NCBI GenBank assembly: GCA_046295055.1
Contig: JBKBOD010000005.1
Span: forward strand, 214,694-278,693
Reading direction: 5' to 3'
Length of the DNA: 64,000 nt
Origin: Caulobacter sp.
Lineage (GTDB): Bacteria > Pseudomonadota > Alphaproteobacteria > Caulobacterales > Caulobacteraceae
The notes under the pieces: generated by a model
Seen by the model: the letters and a program-made list of their open reading frames with translations, nothing else
What the model was told of the DNA's origin: nothing
The model's database searches: none
Translations under genes and position numbers: made by a program
In this document: positions 18,292 through 25,047 of the stretch, one piece after another
How the letters are laid out: the number at the start of each line of letters is the position of its first letter
Position numbering within the stretch: the stretch's first letter is position 1

Positions 18292-18878
18292 CGTGCCGCG
18301 CTCAGGCGCTCCGCATCGGACAGGATCCGGTTCATGGCCTCGCCGGCCGACAGGCCGTCACGGCCATAGGCGCCGGATTCGAGGATGACCTGCACGGCCT
18401 TGCGGGCGCGGCTGACCCGGCTCTTCACCGTGCCGACGGCCACACCGCAGATGTCGGCGGCCTCCTCGTAGGCGAAGCCGCCGGCGCCGACGAGGATCAG
18501 GGCTTCGCGCTGCTCGTCCGGCAGGCAGGCCATGGCCAGGCGAAGCTCGTCCAGGGCGACCGGCGATTCCGGATCGTCATTGGCCACGAGGGTGCGTTCG
18601 GCGGCTTCCTGGTCCAGCTGGGTCGAGCGCCAGGACCGGCGCTTGTCCGAGTAGAATTGGTTGCGCAGGATCATGAAGGTCCAGGCCTTCATGTTGGTGC
18701 CCATCTGGAACGAGGCGCGCGCGTCCCAGGCCTTGATCAGGGCGTCCTGCGCCAGATCGTCGGCCGCGGTGGCGTCCCCGGTGAGGGTGCGGGCGAAGGC
18801 GCGCAGGTGCGGGATCAGGGTGACCAGTTCAGCCTGGAAAGCCCTGTCGCGCGCCGCTCCGGTGAGTTCGGCGCTCAT
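18288..18878 (-). CDS. sigT: ECF sigma factor EcfG/SigT (general stress response)
   Basis: Sigma-70 region 2 (LAQDALIKAWD...FMILRNQFYSDKRR) and region 4 (GFAYEEAADICGVAVGTVKSRVSRAR). The gene lies immediately downstream of nepR. Confidence 0.9.
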   Translation of the reverse strand: MSAELTGAARDRAFQAELVTLIPHLRAFARTLTGDATAADDLAQDALIKAWDARASFQMGTNMKAWTFMILRNQFYSDKRRSWRSTQLDQEAAERTLVANDDPESPVALDELRLAMACLPDEQREALILVGAGGFAYEEAADICGVAVGTVKSRVSRARKAVQVILESGAYGRDGLSAGEAMNRILSDAERLSAAR

Positions 18879-18881
18879 GGC

Positions 18882-19070
18882 CTAGTCCTCCTTGCCGGCG
18901 CCGGAATCGGCGCGGCGCAGGATGTCCAGGAATTCGTCCGGGACGGGCTCGTTGACCACGTCGTCGAACATCTGGCGCAGCTTGACCCCGATGGCGCGCT
19001 GGCGAAGGCGCGCATCGTCGGGGGTCGGCGGGGGACCGCCGGACGTTGATTGGGAATTCTGCTCGATCAT
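18882..19070 (-). CDS. nepR: anti-sigma factor NepR
   Basis: 62-aa ORF trimmed to MIEQNSQ.... The sequence IGVKLRQMFDDVVNEPVPDEFLDILRR matches the conserved NepR helix pair. The gene sits between the divergent phyR and sigT. Confidence 0.8.
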   Translation of the reverse strand: MIEQNSQSTSGGPPPTPDDARLRQRAIGVKLRQMFDDVVNEPVPDEFLDILRRADSGAGKED

Positions 19071-19122
19071 GCCTTCAGCGCGGCCGGGGCCCCGCTTGCT
19101 TCCGTTTGCTGTGTTCCGCATC

Positions 19123-19147
19123 AACGCCGCCCACCCCTTCAGGTTCC
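19123..19147 (-). promoter_or_regulatory. EcfG-type promoter GGAAC-N16-CGTT for nepR-sigT-phyK
   Basis: The plus strand reads AACG(19123-19126)-N16-GTTCC(19143-19147), about 55 nt upstream of the nepR ATG. This is consistent with autoregulated GSR loci. Confidence 0.75.
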
Positions 19148-19234
19148 CGCCGGTTCCAGGCCCGCTCCCGGCTGGAGCGTCGCATGGGCTGCCGGATGTG
19201 TCTCTTGGGTAATTCCGATCGCGACACAACGCAT

Positions 19235-19259
19235 GGAACCCGATTGTGTTCCGCACGTT
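19235..19259 (+). promoter_or_regulatory. EcfG-type promoter GGAAC-N16-CGTT for phyR
   Basis: GGAAC at 19235-19239, a 16-nt spacer and CGTT at 19256-19259, about 80 nt upstream of the phyR ATG. Confidence 0.75.
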
Positions 19260-19338
19260 TCGGCATCAGGCTCGCGACGCGTTCCGAACGCTTTGCGCTG
19301 CCCGCAACGATCATCGAAGACCTTTGAACGGAGGGGTC

Positions 19339-20133
19339 ATGAGTCTTCTCGCCCGCCTGGCGCCGCATCTTCCCTACGTCCGCCGCTACGCGCGCGCCCT
19401 GACGGGGGACCAGACCACCGGGGATCATTACGTCCGCGTGGCGCTCGAGGCGCTGGCCGCCGGCGAGCAGACGCTGTCCGAGCAGCTGTCGCCCCGCGTG
19501 GCGCTCTATCATGTGTTCCACGCCATCTGGGGCACCTCCGGCGCCCGGCTGGAAGACCGCACCGCCGCCAACGACTCCGGCGATCCGGCCGCCCGGCTGA
19601 TGCGCATCGCGCCGCGGTCGCGCCAAGCGTTCCTGCTGACCGCCCTGGAAGGCTTCTCGCCGACCGAGGCGGCGCAGATTCTCGACGCGGCCTACCCCGA
19701 GGTCGAGCGGCTGATCGCCGAGGCCCAGGCCGACATCGACGCCGAGCTGGCGACGGACGTGCTGATCATCGAGGACGAGCCGGTCATCGCGGCCGACATC
19801 GAGGCGCTGGTGCGCGAACTGGGCCACAACGTGGTCGACATCGCCGCCACCCGCACCGAGGCCCTGGCCGCCATCGAGGGCAAGTCGCCCGGCCTGGTGC
19901 TGGCCGATATCCAGCTGGCCGACGGCTCGTCGGGCATCGACGCGGTCAAGGACATCCTGGCGCAGATGAACGTGCCGGTGATCTTCATCACCGCCTTCCC
20001 CGAACGCCTGCTGACCGGCGAGCGGCCCGAGCCGACCTTCCTGATCACCAAGCCGTTCCAGCCGGAAACAGTGAAGGCGGCCATCGGCCAGGCGCTGTTC
20101 TTCCATCCGGGACGCAGCCGCAAGGCGGCCTGA
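19339..20133 (+). CDS. phyR: anti-anti-sigma response regulator PhyR
   Basis: An N-terminal sigma-like domain (LPYVRRYARALTGDQTTGDHYV...) is fused to a C-terminal receiver (VLIIEDEPVIAADI...LVLADIQLADGSSGIDA). Start at MSLLARL, preceded by ggagggg. Confidence 0.9.
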   Translation: MSLLARLAPHLPYVRRYARALTGDQTTGDHYVRVALEALAAGEQTLSEQLSPRVALYHVFHAIWGTSGARLEDRTAANDSGDPAARLMRIAPRSRQAFLLTALEGFSPTEAAQILDAAYPEVERLIAEAQADIDAELATDVLIIEDEPVIAADIEALVRELGHNVVDIAATRTEALAAIEGKSPGLVLADIQLADGSSGIDAVKDILAQMNVPVIFITAFPERLLTGERPEPTFLITKPFQPETVKAAIGQALFFHPGRSRKAA

Positions 20134-20155
20134 CCGGACAGGGTCCAGCCAGACC

Positions 20156-20196
20156 GAAAAAGGGACGCTCCCTGCGGGAGCGTCCCTTTTGTTTGC
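20156..20196 (+). terminator. intrinsic terminator after phyR (potentially bidirectional)
   Basis: Perfect hairpin aagggacgctccc-tgc-gggagcgtccctt, followed by ttgtttg and preceded by gaaaaa. Confidence 0.8.
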
Positions 20197-20270
20197 GCCG
20201 TACGTGCGGAGCGACGGCGCCGCCCCTGCCAGCGCTGCTCCAACGCGGCGCCGGCCGGTGGGTGACACGG

Positions 20271-20540
20271 CTATTGCGGGGTGGCTGTCGGGGCGACCGG
20301 CTGGGCCGGCACGGGGACATCGTTGGAAACCGCCGGGGCAGGGCCGGGCGTCTCCTTGCCGTCGGCGACGGCGAGATCGTTGGCCCGCATCGCCCAGCTG
20401 CCGAACAGCACCACCGCCGCCAGCAGGGTCGAGGCGACCAGCACCCAGAACACATGGCGGCCCCAGCGGCCCTGGCGGGCCTCGGTGGCTTCCAGCTTGG
20501 CCGGATGCGCGTCGGTGTGAACGTGGTTGGCGTTGCTCAT
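20271..20540 (-). CDS. small single-pass membrane protein, predicted GSR regulon member
   Basis: 89-aa ORF with one clear TM segment (HVFWVLVASTLLAAVVLFGSW). A perfect EcfG motif lies about 37 nt upstream of the ATG. Confidence 0.55.
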   Translation of the reverse strand: MSNANHVHTDAHPAKLEATEARQGRWGRHVFWVLVASTLLAAVVLFGSWAMRANDLAVADGKETPGPAPAVSNDVPVPAQPVAPTATPQ

Positions 20541-20576
20541 TGTCGGGTCTCCCGAAGAGAAATTCCTCGGGACCTG

Positions 20577-20601
20577 AACGTGCTATGCGGCAGGGCGTTC
20601 C
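20577..20601 (-). promoter_or_regulatory. EcfG-type promoter GGAAC-N16-CGTT
   Basis: The plus strand reads AACG(20577-20580)-N16-GTTCC(20597-20601), upstream of the ORF ending at 20540. Confidence 0.65.
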
Positions 20602-20713
20602 GAAAAAGGCCGTGGCGGCGACATGAAACACTGTCATTTCAATAGCTTGTGCGAGCGGTGTCGCGACGCCTGCGGGAGCGCAAAAAAAGCCCGAAAAAAA
20701 ATCGCCCGCGCCG

Positions 20714-20739
20714 GGAACGGATTTCGCCGTAACGCCGTT
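20714..20739 (+). promoter_or_regulatory. EcfG-type promoter GGAAC-N17-CGTT in front of a non-coding structured region
   Basis: GGAAC at 20714-20718, a 17-nt spacer and CGTT at 20736-20739. Two A-tracts (aaaaaaa, aaaaaaaa) precede it, which is unusual in this GC-rich DNA. Confidence 0.7.
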
Positions 20740-20746
20740 TAGATGT

Positions 20747-20880
20747 TGCGGAGGCGGCGACGCCCCCCCCGACTTGAGGCTGGCCACAGTCAGCCTGCCG
20801 CCTCCGCACCCCTATCTCGATGATGCATGCCTAAATCCCCTTGAAGGGCCCGGTTCGAAAGAGCCGGGCTCTTTTTCTTC
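20747..20880 (+). ncRNA. gsrN: candidate sigT-dependent sRNA, GsrN-like
   Basis: No plausible ORF. A 12-bp stem (tgcggaggcggc 20747-20758 with gccgcctccgca 20797-20808) encloses an unpaired C8 tract (20763-20770) and an inner hairpin (aggctg/cagcct). A terminator follows (gcccgg...ccgggc + tctttttcttc, about 20846-20880). The RNA starts 7-8 nt after the -10 CGTT. Confidence 0.55.
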
Positions 20881-20893
20881 TGGCTCGGGGGTG

Positions 20894-21147
20894 GGTGCGT
20901 GCTTCGACACGCGGCCGCTGGCCGCTGCCCGGCATGACGGGGAGGGGTGATGGGGCGCGGTGTTCGTCATCCTGAGCAGCGCGGAGCGCGTGTCGAAGGA
21001 CGCAGGGTGGGAGAGCCCCCTCAGTCGGCTTCGCCGACAGCTCCCCCAGTTCGCTGCTTCGCAGCGGGGGAGCATCTTCGACAATTGCGGCTGCCAACTC
21101 TGAAGATCCTCCCCCGCCCGCTCTGCGGGCGAAAGGGTGGAGGGGGC
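20894..21147 (-). repeat. mosaic intergenic repeat, copy B (inverted relative to copy C)
   Basis: The reverse complement aligns by eye over about 250 bp with 62590-62886: ccccctccacc...gcgggcgggggaggatcttcag...gatgctcccccgctgcgaagcagcgaac.gggggagctg...tgcgtccttcgacacgcgctccgcgctgctcaggatgac...gcggccagcggccgcgtgtcgaagcacgcacc. Confidence 0.85.
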
Positions 21148-21159
21148 CTGCCGCGCCGC

Positions 21160-21618
21160 CTACTTCGGCGGGGAGAGCTGGAGGACGACTTCGGCGCGGC
21201 GGCGGAGGGGGTCGGCGGCGCCGGTGGGGGTGATGGCGCCGGCGTCGCCGGCGGCCTGGACGCGGACGCCCTTGAGGCCGAGGTTGTTGAGCGTCTTTGT
21301 CACGGCGGCGGCGCGTTTCTCGGACAGCTTCAAGTTGGCGTCGGGCGAGCCGACGGCGTCGGCCAGGCCCAGGACATCGATGCGGTCGATGGTGCATCCC
21401 TCGGCGACCTCGGCCGCGCCGGCCAGGACGGCGCGGGCGTCCTTGCTGATCTCCGCCGAGCGCGGTTCGAAGTAGATCTCGACCGTCAGGTCGTCACAGG
21501 GCTTGAAGCCCGAGGCGACCGGCGGCGGCGTCTTCGTGCAGGCCCCCAGGAGGGCGGCGAGCGCCGCCGTCGCGCCGAGCGCGGCCAGGCCCTGGCGGGT
21601 CATTCTGCGAGCAGTCAT
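21160..21618 (-). CDS. OmpA-family (OmpA_C-like) lipoprotein
   Basis: Lipobox LLGAC, then an OmpA C-terminal peptidoglycan-binding-type domain (IYFEPRSAEISKDA...VLGLADAVGSPDANLKLSEKRAAAV). Confidence 0.8.
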   Translation of the reverse strand: MTARRMTRQGLAALGATAALAALLGACTKTPPPVASGFKPCDDLTVEIYFEPRSAEISKDARAVLAGAAEVAEGCTIDRIDVLGLADAVGSPDANLKLSEKRAAAVTKTLNNLGLKGVRVQAAGDAGAITPTGAADPLRRRAEVVLQLSPPK

Positions 21619-21659
21619 GCGGTTTTCCCCATCCCTCGTCGCCGGCGCCGCCGGGCCGC

Positions 21660-21929
21660 TCACCGTTTTGGCGAGCCATCCTCCCAGAAGTAGGCCTGAC
21701 GAGTCCTGTCGAAGTAGTAATAGCGTCCGGTCCGTTCATCCAGATACTGGCGTTTGTTGACCGAGTTTCGCGGGGCGCCGCCCGGCCGGGCCATGGCCTC
21801 TCCCGGCGGAGGGGGCGGCGGCGGCGGCACACTGGCGCAGGCGGCGAGGCCGAGAAGCGCCACCGCCAGCGTGGCCCCGCCAAGCCGGCGTCCGGCGGGC
21901 AGTCCGCGAAGCGGGTGGTCTGTCGGCAT
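21660..21929 (-). CDS. small lipoprotein with a poly-Pro stretch, hypothetical
   Basis: The ORF was trimmed to MPTDHPL.... It has the lipobox LLGLAAC, a P8 run, and the C-terminal sequence RQYLDERTGRYYYFDRTRQAYFWEDG. It is co-oriented with the OmpA-like gene and directly upstream of it. Confidence 0.55.
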   Translation of the reverse strand: MPTDHPLRGLPAGRRLGGATLAVALLGLAACASVPPPPPPPPGEAMARPGGAPRNSVNKRQYLDERTGRYYYFDRTRQAYFWEDGSPKR

Positions 21930-22002
21930 GGGACGTCCTTCCCCGGGCCGCATGGCGGCAGGATGGAGTCCAAACCGGCAGGTCCGACGAAAGTTCCCGT
22001 CG

Positions 22003-22028
22003 GGAACCCGACAGGCGGCGGTCCCGTT
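22003..22028 (+). promoter_or_regulatory. EcfG-type promoter GGAAC-N17-CGTT
   Basis: GGAAC at 22003-22007, a 17-nt spacer and CGTT at 22025-22028. Its -35 forms a palindrome (gttcccgtcgggaac) with an opposite-strand GGAAC at 21993-21997. Confidence 0.65.
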
Positions 22029-22064
22029 AGACGCGGTGAGCAAACCATGATCCATGAGGGCAGC

Positions 22065-22436
22065 ATGACCCGCTTCCAGACCTGGCTGAACCGCCGCCGC
22101 GCCGACAAAATGCACAAGACCCATGCCGCCGCCCCGGCGGTGAGCGATGCGGCCGTGAAGGCCGCCTATGAGCGCGGCCGACGCGACGAGCGCGCGGCGC
22201 GGCGTCGCTCGCCCCTGCTGGCGCTGGCGGTGGTGACCGCCGCCCTGGTCGGCGGCGCCTCGCTGGTGCTGGCGGCCAAGGAAGGCTCGTTCCAGCAGGG
22301 CGGGGCGGTGATGGACGCCACCGTCACGACGGCCGCGCGCGAGGCCGGGCCGGCGATGCGCGAAGCCGCCAGCGGCGCGGGCCAGGGCCTGCGCGAAGTG
22401 CGCGACCGACTGTCGACCAGCGAAGAACCGAGCTGA
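22065..22436 (+). CDS. hypothetical single-pass membrane protein (first gene of a putative sigT-dependent operon)
   Basis: MTRFQTWLNRRR... with one TM segment (LLALAVVTAALVGGASLVLAA). gaggg lies 5 nt upstream of this ATG. The ATG at 22047 is an alternative start. Confidence 0.5.
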   Translation: MTRFQTWLNRRRADKMHKTHAAAPAVSDAAVKAAYERGRRDERAARRRSPLLALAVVTAALVGGASLVLAAKEGSFQQGGAVMDATVTTAAREAGPAMREAASGAGQGLREVRDRLSTSEEPS

Positions 22437-22439
22437 CGG

Positions 22440-23315
22440 GTGGCGGGGGGCAAGCCTGAAATCCGACGCGTCCGCCTGATCGCCAACCCGGCGTCTGGCA
22501 GCGTCGGGCCGAACGTCCGCGCCGAGGCCGAGGCCATCCTGGCCCGCCACGACGTGGACTTCGTCGTGCGCACGACCGAGGACGGCCGTCTGGGCGAGCT
22601 GATCGCCGAGGCCCTGGCCGAAAAGCCGGACCTGCTGGTCATCGTCGCCGGCGACGGCACCGCCAGGGCCGCGGCCGAGGCGGCCGGACCGGACGGCCCG
22701 CTGGTGGCGACCCTGCCCGGCGGGACGATGAACATGCTGCCCTACGCCCTGTATGGGCGCTGCACCTGGGCCGAGGCGCTTGAGCGCATCCTGACCAACG
22801 GCGAGGTCCGGCGCGTCAGCGGCGGGACGGTGAACGGCCAGGCCTTCTTCGTCGCCGCCATACTGGGCGCGCCGGCGCTGTGGGCGCAGGCGCGGGAAGC
22901 CGCCCGGTCGGGCCGATTCTGGATCGCCATGGCGCGGGCGCGGCGGGCCTTCCGGGCCGCCTTCACCGGACGGCTGAGGTTCACGGTCGATGGCGCGCCG
23001 CGCAGCAAGGCCGAGGCGATGACCTTCATGTGCCCGCTGGTCTCGCGCGGCGTCGAGGACGACGCGCCGGGGCTGGAGGCGGCCGCGCTGGATCCCGCCG
23101 GCGCGATCGACGTCTTCCGCCTGGCCATGGCGGCGGCGGCCGGCGACTGGCGCCGCGACCCGTCGGTGGCGGTGACCATCTGCCAGCAGGCCTTCTGCTG
23201 GGCGGGCGGACGCATCCCGGCGATCCTCGACGGCGAGCCGGTGCGGCTGGACCGCAACGCCGTTGTCCGGTTCCGGCCGGTGGCCTTCAGGGCGCTGGTC
23301 CCGGCGGAGACCTGA
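22440..23315 (+). CDS. diacylglycerol/lipid kinase family protein (YegS/LCB5-like)
   Basis: RVRLIANPASGS...LLVIVAGDGTARAAAEA...LPGGTMNMLP are the DAGK catalytic-domain motifs. The GTG start lies 3 nt after the upstream stop. Confidence 0.8.
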   Translation: MAGGKPEIRRVRLIANPASGSVGPNVRAEAEAILARHDVDFVVRTTEDGRLGELIAEALAEKPDLLVIVAGDGTARAAAEAAGPDGPLVATLPGGTMNMLPYALYGRCTWAEALERILTNGEVRRVSGGTVNGQAFFVAAILGAPALWAQAREAARSGRFWIAMARARRAFRAAFTGRLRFTVDGAPRSKAEAMTFMCPLVSRGVEDDAPGLEAAALDPAGAIDVFRLAMAAAAGDWRRDPSVAVTICQQAFCWAGGRIPAILDGEPVRLDRNAVVRFRPVAFRALVPAET

Positions 23316-23317
23316 GG

Positions 23318-24100
23318 ATGGGTCTGCGCCTGTTCCACGTCTCGGACATCCATTTCGGCGGCGAGAACATCCTGGCCGTGGCCGGAGCGGCCCAGTGGCT
23401 GCACGACAACCCCGTCGACCTGATCATCGCCACCGGCGACCTGACCCGCGAGGGCCGGCCGGTGGAGTTCGCCGCCGCGCGCGACTGGCTGTCGGCCATG
23501 CCGGCGCCGGTGGTGGTGACGCCGGGCAACCATGACGTCCCCTATTTCAGCATCCTGTACCGGGCGGCCATGCCCTGGCGGCGGTTCCGCCGCTGGCTGG
23601 GAGACTGGGTGATCCCGCCGCGCATCGAGGGCCTGGCCCTGGCCGGGATCAACACCGCGCGCGGGGTGCAGCCGCGCATCAACTGGTCCAAGGGCCAGAT
23701 CAACCACCACCAGATCGGCCGGGCGGCGGCGCGCATCTCCGGCATGCCGCCGGGCACGCTGAAGGTCATCGCCTGCCATCACCCGCTGGTCGAGATCGTC
23801 GGCGGGCCGATGACCGGAAAGGTCTGGGGCGGAACGCGGGCGGCCGAGGCCCTGACGCGGGCCGGCGCCGACCTGGTGCTGACGGGCCATGTCCACACCC
23901 CCTTCGTGCACCCCTATCCCTATGGCGACGGGCGGACCTATGCGGTGGGCGCCGGGACGCTGTCGGTGCGCGAGCGCGGGGTGCCGGCGAGCTTCAACTG
24001 CATCGAGGTGGAGGACGAGTGCGTCACCGTCACCGCCCAGGCCTGGAGCGGGTCGCACTACGCGCCCTGGCGCACCTGGCGGGTGGATCGGCGGACCTGA
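23318..24100 (+). CDS. metallophosphoesterase
   Basis: Motifs LFHVSDIHFG, ATGDLT, GNHD and LTGHVHTP. The ATG lies 2 nt after the lipid kinase stop. Confidence 0.8.
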   Translation: MGLRLFHVSDIHFGGENILAVAGAAQWLHDNPVDLIIATGDLTREGRPVEFAAARDWLSAMPAPVVVTPGNHDVPYFSILYRAAMPWRRFRRWLGDWVIPPRIEGLALAGINTARGVQPRINWSKGQINHHQIGRAAARISGMPPGTLKVIACHHPLVEIVGGPMTGKVWGGTRAAEALTRAGADLVLTGHVHTPFVHPYPYGDGRTYAVGAGTLSVRERGVPASFNCIEVEDECVTVTAQAWSGSHYAPWRTWRVDRRT

Positions 24101-24155
24101 CAGGAGGCCATACACCAGGACTGACAGGGGGCGCGAAACCGGCTAGCAGGCCGGG

Positions 24156-25004
24156 ATGCCCGAGCTTCCCGAGGTCGAAACTGTCCGGCGCGGCCTGACC
24201 CCGGCCCTGGAAGGCCGCCGCCTGTCGCGGGTCGAGCAACGCCGCCCGGACCTGCGCTTTCCGTTTCCCGACGATTTCGTCCAGCGGCTGACCGGCGCGC
24301 GGATCGAGCGGCTGGATCGCCGCGCCAAGTATCTGGTCGGCCATCTGGACCGGGGCGGGGCGCTGATCATGCACCTGGGCATGACCGGCCGGTTCGAGAT
24401 CGAGGGCGCGGTCCCCGGCGGATTCGCCCGGGCGGTCGAGCCCGATCCCCGCCACGCCCATGTGGTGTTCGAGACCGAGGACGGGGCGCGGGTGACCTAC
24501 TACGACCCCCGGCGGTTCGGCTTCATGGGGCTGGTGGACGGGGCGCTGGAGGCGCATCCCTGGTTCGCCGGCATGGGCCCGGAACCGCTGGGGCCGGACT
24601 TCGACGGGGGATTGCTGGCGCGGGCCTTCAGGGGGCGGCGGCAGGGACCCAAGACGCTGCTGCTGGACCAGCGGATCGTCGCCGGGCTGGGCAACATCTA
24701 TGTCTGCGAGGCGCTGCATCGATCGGGAATCTCGCCGACGAAACCGGCGGGCGGCATCTCGGCGCGACGGCTGGACCGGCTGGCCGGAGCGGTGAAGGAC
24801 GTGCTGGCCGAGGCGGTGGAGGCGGGGGGATCGACCCTGCGCGACTTCGCCGCCGCCGACGGGGCGCTGGGCTATTTCCAGCACAGTTTCCGCGTCTACG
24901 GCCAGGAGGGGCAGGCCTGTCCGACGCCGGGGTGTGGCGGGACGGTGGCGCGGATCGTCCAGGGCGGCCGCTCGACCTTCTTCTGCGCCCGATGCCAGCG
25001 GTGA
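24156..25004 (+). CDS. mutM: formamidopyrimidine-DNA glycosylase
   Basis: N-terminal [14 protein letters not shown], an H2TH region, and a C-terminal zinc finger CPTPGCGG...FFCARCQR. Confidence 0.95.
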   Translation: MPELPEVETVRRGLTPALEGRRLSRVEQRRPDLRFPFPDDFVQRLTGARIERLDRRAKYLVGHLDRGGALIMHLGMTGRFEIEGAVPGGFARAVEPDPRHAHVVFETEDGARVTYYDPRRFGFMGLVDGALEAHPWFAGMGPEPLGPDFDGGLLARAFRGRRQGPKTLLLDQRIVAGLGNIYVCEALHRSGISPTKPAGGISARRLDRLAGAVKDVLAEAVEAGGSTLRDFAAADGALGYFQHSFRVYGQEGQACPTPGCGGTVARIVQGGRSTFFCARCQR

Positions 25005-25047
25005 GAGGACGGCCAACCGGCGGCCCGGCCGTGGCATAAGGCGGACC

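Noticed and set aside
20812-21084. Small ORFs inside the mosaic repeats: 20812-21084, 20831-21397, 62577-62813, 62823-63143 and 11091-11510. Their peptides include LPRCEAANRGSW and SFDTRSALLRMT.
   Set aside because: The same peptides arise wherever the repeat occurs, in either orientation. They lack starts with an RBS and overlap hairpin arms, so they are translation artefacts of a DNA/RNA-level repeat.
21973-21997. A seventh EcfG promoter on the minus strand, facing the small lipoprotein / OmpA-like genes.
   Set aside because: It is not counted as a motif hit because the -10 reads GGTT instead of CGTT (GGAAC-N16-GGTT). It is mentioned only as a possible weak divergent partner of the perfect plus-strand promoter.
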